Shown here: positions 19,872 to 28,568 of the stretch, one piece after another
How the letters are laid out: each line of letters begins with the position of its first letter
Numbering within the stretch: position 1 is the first letter of the stretch
Source: Deltaproteobacteria bacterium
GTDB lineage: Bacteria > Myxococcota_A > Polyangia > Polyangiales > Polyangiaceae
Direction: 5' to 3'
Length of the DNA stretch: 64,000 bases
NCBI GenBank assembly: GCA_031407405.1
Contig: JANOIG010000193.1
Span: 32,436-96,435 of the forward strand
Made by a program: the position numbers and the translations under genes
Notes under the pieces: model-generated
Told to the model about the DNA's origin: nothing
The model's database searches: none
Seen by the model: only the letters and a program-made list of their open reading frames with translations

Positions 19872-20336
19872 CCGAGAGCCCTCGGGAGCTCGCGCCTGGA
19901 GCCGCGGTTTTCAGGCATCCGTCGGGTCGAGGCGGGATAAACAGGAACCGGTAATCTGGTCAAGGCGTCCATTTGCATTCTAGCAACCGGCGTCGCAGGT
20001 GGGCGAGGCGATTTCGCTCATCACTGCTTAGAGCGACGATGTATCGTTTTCGTTTAGTGCGCAGCGTGTATATCCGTCCTATTTCAAGGCAGATTGTGAG
20101 TGTAAGGGTAGGGGCGGGGCAGTTGATGTGGTCCTGATCATTTGATGAAGCGATCAAAGCGTGCCGGCGTGTTGCTAGAGTTCCTCGGAGCGTGCCAGAC
20201 CGGGGGTCGAGTCGCAGGATGTGGGCGTGCGGAATAGGGTGTTGCACGATGGTTTCAGCGACGACTCCGAGCGTCACTCTTTCACAGCTTGTGATGGCCC
20301 TCGCTCATCGTTTGCGGTACACTCGTCGTGTAACTC

Positions 20337-22043
20337 GTGTCTTCATCATCCATCAGAGCAGCGGCAAATGGCGGTCCTCGTCCCGGTGATACTCTAGGCC
20401 GGTATCAACTGCTGGCCGCCGTCGGGGAGGGCGGAATGGGCCGAGTCTGGGCGGCTCGGCAGGTCGGTTCTCCTTTGCAGCGCCTGGTCGCCGTGAAGAC
20501 GGCCATTACTGGCCAGAGCCAGACGCCCGAGTTTCAGCGCTTGTTCATGGATGAGGCGCGCATCGCATCCCTCATTCACCACCCTCACGTGTGTGGCGTG
20601 TACGAGCTGGGTGAGGAAAAGGGGACTCTCTACCTGGTCATGGAGTGGTGCGATGGCGCCTCCCTGCGTCAGGTGATGGACAAGCTGCCAAACAGTCGTA
20701 TGGATTTGGCGGTCGCGTCACGCATCGTGGCCAACGTGGCGGCGGGTTTGCACGCCGCTCATGAGCTCGAAGACAGCGACGGCACCAAGCTGCGCGTCGT
20801 GCATCGCGACGTGTCGCCGCAAAACATTCTGATCTCCAAGAATGGCCACATCAAGGTGGCTGACTTCGGTGTCGCCAAGGCACAAGGCCAGCTGCATCGT
20901 CCAACTGAAACCGGTGAGATGAAGGGCAAGCTGGCGTACATGGCGCCGGAGCAAGTCACCGCCAAAGACATCGATCACCGCGCTGACATTTTCGCCCTCG
21001 GTTGCGTGCTGTACGAGGTCACGGTGGGGCGCCGGCCATTTCAAGGGGACGGCGCTCTCTCCACTTTGTACCAGCTCTTGGAGCAGGCCGTCACGCCCCC
21101 GACCGAAGTCTGTGAGGGTTATCCAGCCGAGCTGTCTGCCATCGTTCTCAAAGCCCTCGCGAAGGACGCCGAGGAGCGCTATCAGACGGCCGAGGATCTG
21201 CGCATTGCCCTCGAGGGGTGGATTGCTACCTCCGGCCTGAAGGCAAGCGAGCGCGAGATCGCGGCTCTGTTGCGAGTGACGACTGGCGACGAGATCGACG
21301 CAAAGTCTCGTTCCATCACAGAGGCCGCTGCCAAGCTGAAGGACCGCCCGATCATCGTTCAGGCGGAAACACCGGTCCAAGACTCGCGACCCACCTCGCC
21401 CGCCGTGCCGGTGAGCCGTGTCCGAGAAGGGGCGTCGACGGTTGATCGCGCTGTGGCCAGCGGCAAGGTGCGCGAGAAGAGCACGTCCTGGTGGCTACCC
21501 GTTGGAGCGAGCCTTGCCGTCCTGGGGCTGGTGGTCGTGCTTGCCAAAGGCACGTTAGATACCGAGTCGCCCCAGCTGGTGGTCCCGGCGAGTGATCCAG
21601 GGTCCTCCCCGGGGCAGTTCCTAGCGGCGAACGAGCCGTCCACCGACTCTGCTCGAGCGGAACCGGGCGCGGTGGCGGTGCCCGTCCAAATTACTGTGCG
21701 CACTATCCCCGCCAACGCCAGTATCCGTATCGATGATGGTGCCCCCATGTCAGCCCCATACAGCGCGGAAGTTGCTGCCAGCGATCAGGTGCGCGTGATT
21801 CGCGCGAGCGCGCCTAATCACGTCAGCGTGACGCGCCGGGTCGCGTTTGACCAGACGCAGGAGATCGTCCTCCAGCTGGATCAAATTCAGAGCCAACGGC
21901 GGCCAAAAACTCGTGTCAAAACCGACCCGCAACCGTCCGTGACGGTACCGGTGACGGCTTCCGAGCCCGCTCCTGGCAGCGCGATGTCGCCGCCGGTGAA
22001 ACGCCCCAGGGCTTTGGACGGGGACAACCCTTTCGCCGGCTGA
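20337..22043 (+). CDS. Ser/Thr protein kinase with TM segment and C-terminal PEGA-like domain
   Basis: 'GEGGMGRVW', 'VAVKT', 'HRDVSPQNILI', 'DFGVAKA', 'YMAPEQ'. TM segment 'WWLPVGASLAVLGLVVVLA'. 'ITVRTIPANASIRIDDG' is PEGA-like. Confidence 0.9.
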   Translation: MSSSSIRAAANGGPRPGDTLGRYQLLAAVGEGGMGRVWAARQVGSPLQRLVAVKTAITGQSQTPEFQRLFMDEARIASLIHHPHVCGVYELGEEKGTLYLVMEWCDGASLRQVMDKLPNSRMDLAVASRIVANVAAGLHAAHELEDSDGTKLRVVHRDVSPQNILISKNGHIKVADFGVAKAQGQLHRPTETGEMKGKLAYMAPEQVTAKDIDHRADIFALGCVLYEVTVGRRPFQGDGALSTLYQLLEQAVTPPTEVCEGYPAELSAIVLKALAKDAEERYQTAEDLRIALEGWIATSGLKASEREIAALLRVTTGDEIDAKSRSITEAAAKLKDRPIIVQAETPVQDSRPTSPAVPVSRVREGASTVDRAVASGKVREKSTSWWLPVGASLAVLGLVVVLAKGTLDTESPQLVVPASDPGSSPGQFLAANEPSTDSARAEPGAVAVPVQITVRTIPANASIRIDDGAPMSAPYSAEVAASDQVRVIRASAPNHVSVTRRVAFDQTQEIVLQLDQIQSQRRPKTRVKTDPQPSVTVPVTASEPAPGSAMSPPVKRPRALDGDNPFAG

Positions 22044-22096
22044 GCTGATTTCGGGAAAGCAGAGCACCGGCAGCTTTGCGAGGGAGCGTGTCGTCA

Positions 22097-23398
22097 ATGC
22101 AATCCAACAGAGCGATTTTCATTACCTCGGGGCTGATCTGCTTGTACGGGAGCTGGCTGGCTCCGGCCAACGTGCTCGCGGCCGAACCCGCACCCGCGCA
22201 AGCCAGCGCTGCACCCGCGGCCGCAAAGCCGGCTGCGCGGACCAAAGCGGCTGCGCGGACAGCACCCAAGGCTTCAGCTGCACCGGTGGCGCCCAAAGCG
22301 GCTGCGGCCGTGCCCAAAGTGGCGACGCCTACGGCGGCCGCGCCCAAAGCGGCGGCGGTCGACTCCAAAGCGGCTGTGCCGCCGGACAACAAGGCCGCTG
22401 CGCCGGCTGACAACAAAGCGGCTGGCGCCGGAGCGGGCCCGTCGGCTCCGGTTGCAGCGGCACCGCTGGATGCCCCCCCTGCCGGTCAGGGTTCACAATC
22501 GCCCGAGGTGCTGCTCGAAGCCAAGCAGCGCTTCGATCGAGGCTTCGAATTGTATAACGAGGGTGAGTACCCGTTGGCCTTGATCGAGTTCAATCGAGCC
22601 TATGAGCTCGTGCCCAACTACAGGGTGCTCTACAACATCGGCCAAGTGTGCATCCAGCTCGCTCAGTATGCGAACGCTCGGCGCGCGCTGGAAGAATATC
22701 GCACCAAGGGTGGCGATGAGTTGCCGGTCGAGCGCCGCGAAGCGGTCGCGCGGGATCTGGCGATGCTCGATCGGCGGACTGCCTTCCTCATGATCACGAC
22801 CAATGTTCCCGGCGCCGAGGTGCTCGTGGACGATGTCGTGGTGGGCAAGACGCCGCTTGGCCCGGCGCTTTTGGTGGATGCCGGCGTGCATCGGATCTCG
22901 GCGCGCCTGCAGGGTTACCAGCAGCGCGCGAGTCGGGTCACGCTCGCCGGCGGGGATGAGCAAACGCTGGCCCTGACTCTCGACATTCAGCCCGAAGTCA
23001 AACCCACGATTGTGTTGCGTGACCGCGTGGACGGCGGCGCACAGACGTTGATGATAGCCGGCTGGGTGACGACCGGAGCACTGGCGGCCGGTGCCGTCAT
23101 TACCGGCATTCTGGGCTCGAGCGAAGCCAAAGAGCTCGACCGACTCAAGGAGGAACCTCCGACGGACGACCTTGCCGAGAGGTTGGACAGCTCGAAATCC
23201 AAGGCGTCCTCGCTCTTCTTGGCGTCGGATGTGCTTTCGGGTGCGGCGGTCGTCGTGGGTGGGTTGAGCCTATGGATCACGTTGGATCCGCCCAAGCCCA
23301 AAGCACCTGCCGAGGGCCCAGTCGAGCCCGGCGCCCCGCCTCGCGATCTCCAGGTCGGCTATCAAGACGGGCAGTTCCAGTTGCGTGGCAGCTTCTAG
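22097..23398 (+). CDS. secreted/membrane TPR + PEGA domain protein with Ala/Pro/Lys-rich repeats
   Basis: ATG 22097 gives a signal peptide. (A/P/K)-rich repeat 'AAPKAAA'. TPR-like 'FDRGFELYNEGEYPLALIEFNRAYEL'. PEGA motif 'ITTNVPGAEVLVDDVVVGKTPLG'. C-terminal TM segments. Confidence 0.75.
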   Translation: MQSNRAIFITSGLICLYGSWLAPANVLAAEPAPAQASAAPAAAKPAARTKAAARTAPKASAAPVAPKAAAAVPKVATPTAAAPKAAAVDSKAAVPPDNKAAAPADNKAAGAGAGPSAPVAAAPLDAPPAGQGSQSPEVLLEAKQRFDRGFELYNEGEYPLALIEFNRAYELVPNYRVLYNIGQVCIQLAQYANARRALEEYRTKGGDELPVERREAVARDLAMLDRRTAFLMITTNVPGAEVLVDDVVVGKTPLGPALLVDAGVHRISARLQGYQQRASRVTLAGGDEQTLALTLDIQPEVKPTIVLRDRVDGGAQTLMIAGWVTTGALAAGAVITGILGSSEAKELDRLKEEPPTDDLAERLDSSKSKASSLFLASDVLSGAAVVVGGLSLWITLDPPKPKAPAEGPVEPGAPPRDLQVGYQDGQFQLRGSF

Positions 23399-23449
23399 AC
23401 CGAGTGAAGCGCTGCCCGCGCGCCAGAGCCCACGTAGCCTCTGAACGCT

Positions 23450-24235
23450 TCAGCGTTGGGCTAATACGCGTGCCACCAGCCTTCCGTACACGAAGGCGGC
23501 GCTCGAGTCACTTTCGGGGTGCCACTCGATGCCTACTAGCGGACCGCGCTCGATGGCTTCCACGACGCCATCCGCGGCCCACGCGATCGCCTCGAAACCC
23601 GGTGCCACTTGCTGGATGGCCTGCCGGTGTGAAGAGCTAACCGCCGCTGGCGGTTGCCAATCCGCAAAGAATGCAGAATCGGGGGATACCTCGACCGCAT
23701 GGGGCGCGGAGCTAGACGCGGTCCCGTGATCTAGACCAGGTGTTTTCCGCGCGGCGAGGTCCGTGAGCAATGTGCCTCCGAAGTGCAAATTCATCAGCTG
23801 CATGCCAAAGCAGACGCCCAACACGGGCCGACCCCGGTTCGCGAATGCATCTAGTAGCGCGCGTTCCCAGCTGATGCGCTCGAGCGACTCGGCTTCGCTG
23901 GGCACGCCTTTAGTCCAACCCTGGCCCGCAAAGTCGGCAGGGTTGAAGCTCTGCGGCAGGTCACCTCCGCCGGAGAGCACCAGGGCCTCGCACTGCTCGA
24001 GACACGTTTCGATGGGCGTATCCGGGCATAACAGCAGCGGGGCGGCTCCGGCGTGTGCCAGTGCCCGTGTGTAGTTGCGATTCAGGTACCAGTAGTCGGA
24101 GCCCGCTCGAAGACGGCGGCCTGGATCGAGGCAGGGAGTGACCCCGATGACCGGATGACACCCCAACGTCGAGCGCCCTACACTCGAGCGGCTTGCCTGG
24201 CCCGAGGGACCTGACGACGTCGTCGCTGCAGCCAT
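23450..24235 (-). CDS. class I glutamine amidotransferase / peptidase C26 (gamma-glutamyl hydrolase-like); start uncertain (ATG 24235 or TTG 24166)
   Basis: Nucleophile motif 'PVLGVCFGMQLMN' and 'GIEWHPE' His motif. Confidence 0.8.
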   Translation of the reverse strand: MAAATTSSGPSGQASRSSVGRSTLGCHPVIGVTPCLDPGRRLRAGSDYWYLNRNYTRALAHAGAAPLLLCPDTPIETCLEQCEALVLSGGGDLPQSFNPADFAGQGWTKGVPSEAESLERISWERALLDAFANRGRPVLGVCFGMQLMNLHFGGTLLTDLAARKTPGLDHGTASSSAPHAVEVSPDSAFFADWQPPAAVSSSHRQAIQQVAPGFEAIAWAADGVVEAIERGPLVGIEWHPESDSSAAFVYGRLVARVLAQR

Positions 24236-25350
24236 CCCATGCAGACTACCACTGCAGCAACGAGCCAGGCGCGGCCTAAGTGTCGATCGACTGGCGCTCC
24301 ACTGGTGCTGCATCCACCCCCCGCGGACGCTGGGCTCGGTTGGGCACCGGTGGCCACCTCCAGGGTCGACGCTCGAGAGTCAGCCGGATTGGACGCGCCT
24401 TCCGCGGTGGCCCAGGCTGGGGCGGTGTAGCGGCCCAGCTCGGCAGCATCGAGAGCGGTATCTACGATGAAGGGGGCCCAGCTCGACACGTCCCCGTAGA
24501 CCGCGATCTCGCAATCCAAGTCGCCCCGAGATGCCACTCCAAAGACCCGGCCCTCGTCGTCGAGCGCCGGTCCACCGGAGTCACCGGAACAGATGGGCGC
24601 GTCCACGCTGGCCCACTCCGAGCTGCGAATGGCCCCATCGGACAGAGTCACGCAGTCCTCGCGGCTGCAGCGCACGGCGCTGCCGTCGGCGCGTTGGCGC
24701 GTACCGTCGGACGCCGGGTCGTCGGGATCGGTCAGCCCGTAGCCCACGGTCGAAAACAGCTCTTGGTCGAGGGGTGCGACCTCCAACCGAGGCGTGATGG
24801 GCTGGGTTGAGCTCGGTATTCCAGCCCCTTCGAGGATAATCAATGCGATATCGAACCCGCAGACGTCTGCACCACCGAGCGTGCGAATCTCACGGCCCCG
24901 GACGTAGCTTGGGTCGTCGGGGTCAGTCGGGCGAACCGGTTCGGGCGACGCCAGCAGCAACTCCGCGGGAAGGGGGTCGTCGAACTGTGCCGTATCGCAC
25001 TCCACGACGCCCCCTGTGTCCTGCTCGGCCGTGAAGGCCACACAGTGACGAGCAGTGAGAACCAAGTTCGGCGCAATCAATGTGCCGCTGCAGTGCCCGG
25101 CCACGCCCCGCCGCCCGAGATCAAGGGCCAACCCCACCACGCCCGACGTATCCTCGTCGAGCGCTCCCCCGATGATGGGTTGCCGAGCTTGGCCGAGTGT
25201 CAGGAGTTGGCTCGCCGGGGCTTCGGAGCCCGAGCTGCAACCCAGCGCAGTGACGAGCGCCCAGCTCACTGACAGCCCACCCAGCCACGACGACAGCCCT
25301 GCCCGGCTTGCGCCCGGCTTCGGTGTGCGTGCATGGAGGTTAGGTCGCAT
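24178..25350 (-). CDS. trypsin-like (S1) serine protease lipoprotein with MYXO-CTERM-like tail
   Basis: Lipobox 'VTALGC|SS'. His motif 'LTARHCV'. Ser motif 'CSGDSGGP'. C-terminal 'GGGCSTSG...AWLVAAVVVCMGWLQRRRRQ'. Confidence 0.85.
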   Translation of the reverse strand: MRPNLHARTPKPGASRAGLSSWLGGLSVSWALVTALGCSSGSEAPASQLLTLGQARQPIIGGALDEDTSGVVGLALDLGRRGVAGHCSGTLIAPNLVLTARHCVAFTAEQDTGGVVECDTAQFDDPLPAELLLASPEPVRPTDPDDPSYVRGREIRTLGGADVCGFDIALIILEGAGIPSSTQPITPRLEVAPLDQELFSTVGYGLTDPDDPASDGTRQRADGSAVRCSREDCVTLSDGAIRSSEWASVDAPICSGDSGGPALDDEGRVFGVASRGDLDCEIAVYGDVSSWAPFIVDTALDAAELGRYTAPAWATAEGASNPADSRASTLEVATGAQPSPASAGGGCSTSGAPVDRHLGRAWLVAAVVVCMGWLQRRRRQVPRARQAARV

Positions 25351-25463
25351 ATCCAGCCACAGAGTATTGCACCCCGATCATGACATGCCCGGAATTATTC
25401 GTACATCATCCTCTTACGCCGCACCTGAACGCACAATGAGCCCATGCTAGGGTGCGCTCCGAT

Positions 25464-26750
25464 ATGAGCCAGCTGCTCGAAGATCTGCGGTTTCGCGGGC
25501 TGTTTCATCAGGCTACATCCGATGAGCTGGGTGAAGGCCTAGCTCGCCACCTGGCGACTCCAGGCCGGCGGGTCTATGCCGGCTTCGATCCGACGAAGGA
25601 TTCACTGACGGTCGGGAACCTGATGCAAATCATCCTCTTGCGTCGGTTTCAATTGGCCGGCCATCGACCCGTCGTGGTGATGGGTGGGGGCACTGGGATG
25701 GTGGGAGATCCCTCGGGCAAGGAGAGCGAGCGCCCGGTGCTGTCCAAGGAGCAGATTGCATTCAACGTCAGCCGCCTGCGCGCGATCATGGAGGCGTTGC
25801 TCAGCTTCGATGGCAACGAAGGCGCGTTGCTGCTCGACAACCTGAGCTGGCTCGAGCCGGTGTCCTATCTGGACATGCTGAGAGACATCGGCAAGCACTT
25901 CTCAGTCAACATGATGATCCAGAAAGACTCGGTGCGGGAGCGACTGAACAGCCGCGAGCAGGGGATTAGTTACACCGAGTTCAGCTACCTGATTCTGCAG
26001 GCGTACGACTTCTTACACCTGTTCGATACACAGGGTGTAACCGTTCAAGTCGGGGGATCCGACCAATGGGGTAATATCGTGTCGGGTGTCGAGTTGATCC
26101 GTCGCAAGCGCCAAGCGGAAGTGTTTGGGCTCACGGTGCCGTTACTGACGAAGTCTGATGGCGGTAAGTTTGGCAAAACTGAATCTGGTGCGGTGTGGCT
26201 GAGCGCGGATCGCACGTCGCCGTATGTCTTCTATCAATTTTGGGTCAATGCCAGCGACACGGACGTGATGCCTTTGCTCAAGACCTTCAGCTTGTATGCA
26301 CGGGAGAAGCTCGCGGCCATCGAGGCCGAGCACTTCGCGGCACCGGAGCGCCGCGTCGCGCAGCGCGCTCTGGCTGAGCACATGACGGACATGTTACACG
26401 GGCCGACGGCGCTCGAGCACGCACGTCGCTCGTCCGAGGCGCTGTTCTCCGGGGATGTCTCCGGCCTGGACGCCCAAACCCTCGAGCAGGCCTTCGCGGA
26501 TGCGCCAGCCAGTGAGCATTCGAAGCAGCTTTTGGCGGGGGACGGTCTCGATATCCTCGAGCTATTGGTCACGACGGGCGTGGTCAGCAGCAAGCGGGAA
26601 GGGCGGCAACTGCTCGAAAGCGGCGCCATTAGCCTGAACGGCACGCGCGTAGCGTTGCAGCATCGGCTCACGCCACAGGACCTGTTGCACGGCCGGGTGT
26701 TACTACTCCGGCGCGGGCGTAAGACCTGGCACGTCGCTCGTTGGCTGTAG
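25464..26750 (+). CDS. tyrS: tyrosine--tRNA ligase
   Basis: 'YAGFDPTKDSLTVGNL' (HIGH region), 'KFGKT' (KMSKS), and a C-terminal S4-like domain. Confidence 0.93.
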   Translation: MSQLLEDLRFRGLFHQATSDELGEGLARHLATPGRRVYAGFDPTKDSLTVGNLMQIILLRRFQLAGHRPVVVMGGGTGMVGDPSGKESERPVLSKEQIAFNVSRLRAIMEALLSFDGNEGALLLDNLSWLEPVSYLDMLRDIGKHFSVNMMIQKDSVRERLNSREQGISYTEFSYLILQAYDFLHLFDTQGVTVQVGGSDQWGNIVSGVELIRRKRQAEVFGLTVPLLTKSDGGKFGKTESGAVWLSADRTSPYVFYQFWVNASDTDVMPLLKTFSLYAREKLAAIEAEHFAAPERRVAQRALAEHMTDMLHGPTALEHARRSSEALFSGDVSGLDAQTLEQAFADAPASEHSKQLLAGDGLDILELLVTTGVVSSKREGRQLLESGAISLNGTRVALQHRLTPQDLLHGRVLLLRRGRKTWHVARWL

Positions 26751-26774
26751 CGTCTGATTCAATCGGTCGATGAT

Positions 26775-27827
26775 TCAGGCTGCATGCGCGGCTTGCGTCG
26801 CGGGCATGCGCGACACATAACCCTGCTCGGTGTACCAGCGCGCGCTCCGCGACAACGCCTCGAAAGCTGAGCGGTGAGTGTAGCCGAGCTCGCGTTCGGC
26901 CTTCTCGCTCGAGACCCAAACGTAGCGGCATAACTGATCACGCACCAGCTTGGGTGTGGCAACCGGGGGGGCCCCGCGTAAGCGGGCACTGGCCTCGAGA
27001 AGCCGAGACACCCAGATCAGCATCGCTCGACTCACGTTCGATAGCGCGGGGGACAGCCCCGTTGCCTCGGGCAGCACACCTTGAACGAGATCTCTGAGAT
27101 CCAGGTTGTCGCCGCCCAAGATGTACCTTTCGCCGACGCGACCGTTGGCCATGGCGAGTTGATGCCCGGCCGCCACATCGTCGACATCTACGATGTTCAA
27201 CCCGCCGGTGAGCGGGATGGGCAAGCGCCGCGAAGCGGGCCAATTCAGGTAACGAAGCAGGATGCTGCCGCTCGGAGTGGGCTTCCAATCACCAGGCCCG
27301 GAGATGATCGTTGGATTTACCACCACCACCGGCAAGCCAAGTGCAGCCTGCTCGAGCGCTACTTGCTCGGCTCGGCGCCTGGCCACAATGACGGTTTCGG
27401 CTCCCGGCAAGTTGAAATCGTGGCCTTCGTCCATGGCCACCGGCTGCGCTGTGGAGCCGAGCGTTGCCGCGGACGAGGTGACGACAATCTTCTTGATGCC
27501 ACGGCGTTGTGCCGCATCCAGCACGGCCTCGGTGCCGAGCACGACGGGCTCGAAGATGCGTCGTGGATCGCTGTGCCAGGGCGTATGGTGGGCTGCAAGA
27601 TGGTACAGGCGGTTGCAGCCAGCGAGGGCGCGGTACACCGTGTGCCCACTCTGCATGTCCCCGATGCATAATTCGACCTGCTCTCCAGGTAGGCCGCGCA
27701 ACGACGCCAGATTGGAGCCTGCCCGCACGAAGGCTTTGACATGCTCACCCCGCTTCACGAGCAGGCGGATCAAGCGCGATCCTAAAAAGCCGTTGGCACC
27801 AGTTATCAACGCACGGGGTGCAGTCAT
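26775..27827 (-). CDS. NAD-dependent epimerase/dehydratase family protein (HpnA / dihydroflavonol-reductase-like)
   Basis: Rossmann motif 'ALITGANGFLGSRLIRLLVKRG' from ATG 27827. SDR-extended length. Confidence 0.85.
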   Translation of the reverse strand: MTAPRALITGANGFLGSRLIRLLVKRGEHVKAFVRAGSNLASLRGLPGEQVELCIGDMQSGHTVYRALAGCNRLYHLAAHHTPWHSDPRRIFEPVVLGTEAVLDAAQRRGIKKIVVTSSAATLGSTAQPVAMDEGHDFNLPGAETVIVARRRAEQVALEQAALGLPVVVVNPTIISGPGDWKPTPSGSILLRYLNWPASRRLPIPLTGGLNIVDVDDVAAGHQLAMANGRVGERYILGGDNLDLRDLVQGVLPEATGLSPALSNVSRAMLIWVSRLLEASARLRGAPPVATPKLVRDQLCRYVWVSSEKAERELGYTHRSAFEALSRSARWYTEQGYVSRMPATQAAHAA

Positions 27828-28068
27828 ACGGGCTCGGCATAACACGACCTCGACGTGACGCATCGTCGAAGCGTTTCCGCGACACAGACCTTTCGAAGCG
27901 CGCCGCGTGTGTTAGATGGCGGAAGGACGAGCACCACTGCGTTGAACGACAATAGCCTCCGAGACGAGTCGACGGTGGGGAGCTTATTCCACCACCGCCG
28001 GCGCGCCGGAGGCTACATTCATCGGGCCGCGCTCAAACCGCAGCCTACTTTCGTAAAGGCCGCGATGC

Positions 28069-28395
28069 TTACTTGGGACAGTGGCCGTTACAGCCGCCCT
28101 GGCCCTTGCACTCGTTGTTGCCCTTGCATTCGTGCTTGCCTTCGACGGCGCAGCCGCCCTTGCCCTTGCACTCGTTCTGGGCCTTGCAACACTCTTTGCC
28201 TTCTGCGGTCGCGCTTGCACCTTCAGCCGGAGTGGCTTCGGTGCCCGTCGCTTCAGCCGGCGCGGCTTCGGCGGCTTCGGCGGATTCGGCCGGTGCCTCT
28301 GGTGCGGCTGCTTCCGGTGTCGAACCACCGCAGGCAACCGACGTCAAACCGGCAACCGCGAGAGCGGCAACAGTCTTTGCGAATTCAAGCTTCAT
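28069..28395 (-). CDS. small lipoprotein with duplicated NECKGxGGC cysteine module
   Basis: 108 aa. Lipobox 'LTSVAC|GG'. A/E/P/T linker. C-terminal 'ECCKAQNECKGKGGCAVEGKHECKGNNECKGQGGCNGHCPK' carries 8 Cys. A 25-nt DNA duplication lies at 28091-28115 and 28151-28175. AGGAGG sits 5 nt upstream of the ATG. Confidence 0.7.
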   Translation of the reverse strand: MKLEFAKTVAALAVAGLTSVACGGSTPEAAAPEAPAESAEAAEAAPAEATGTEATPAEGASATAEGKECCKAQNECKGKGGCAVEGKHECKGNNECKGQGGCNGHCPK

Positions 28396-28400
28396 GGAAC

Positions 28401-28406
28401 CCTCCT
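28401..28406 (-). promoter_or_regulatory. Shine-Dalgarno site (AGGAGG) for the Cys-rich lipoprotein gene
   Basis: The minus strand reads 'ctAGGAGGgttccATG'. This is a perfect core SD with a 5-nt spacer. Confidence 0.55.
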
Positions 28407-28568
28407 AGGGCTACGAATTGTGGGGTTAGTCCCGTATCGCCCGCCCTTTTAGCTGATCGTTTTCGGCAGGTCGAGTGCGCGACCATATTTTCCAGTGTCC
28501 CGGGCATCGGGCCAAATCCGCCGCGCTGCGCCATGGCGCCAGGATACCTTGCGGTGTACCGATCAGGT

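Noticed and set aside
22190-22430. Highly repetitive Ala/Pro/Lys-coding DNA ('ccaaagcggctgcg' recurrences).
   Set aside because: It is in-frame low-complexity linker sequence of the TPR/PEGA protein, not an independent repeat element.
28069-28395. Calling the Cys-rich peptide a bufferin-type (MNIO-modified) RiPP precursor.
   Set aside because: No DUF692/MNIO, DUF2063 or DoxX gene is adjacent in this window. The repeat (NECKGxGGC) also differs from the DUF2282 and EGKCG precursor motifs as I recall them. It is reported only as an analogy.
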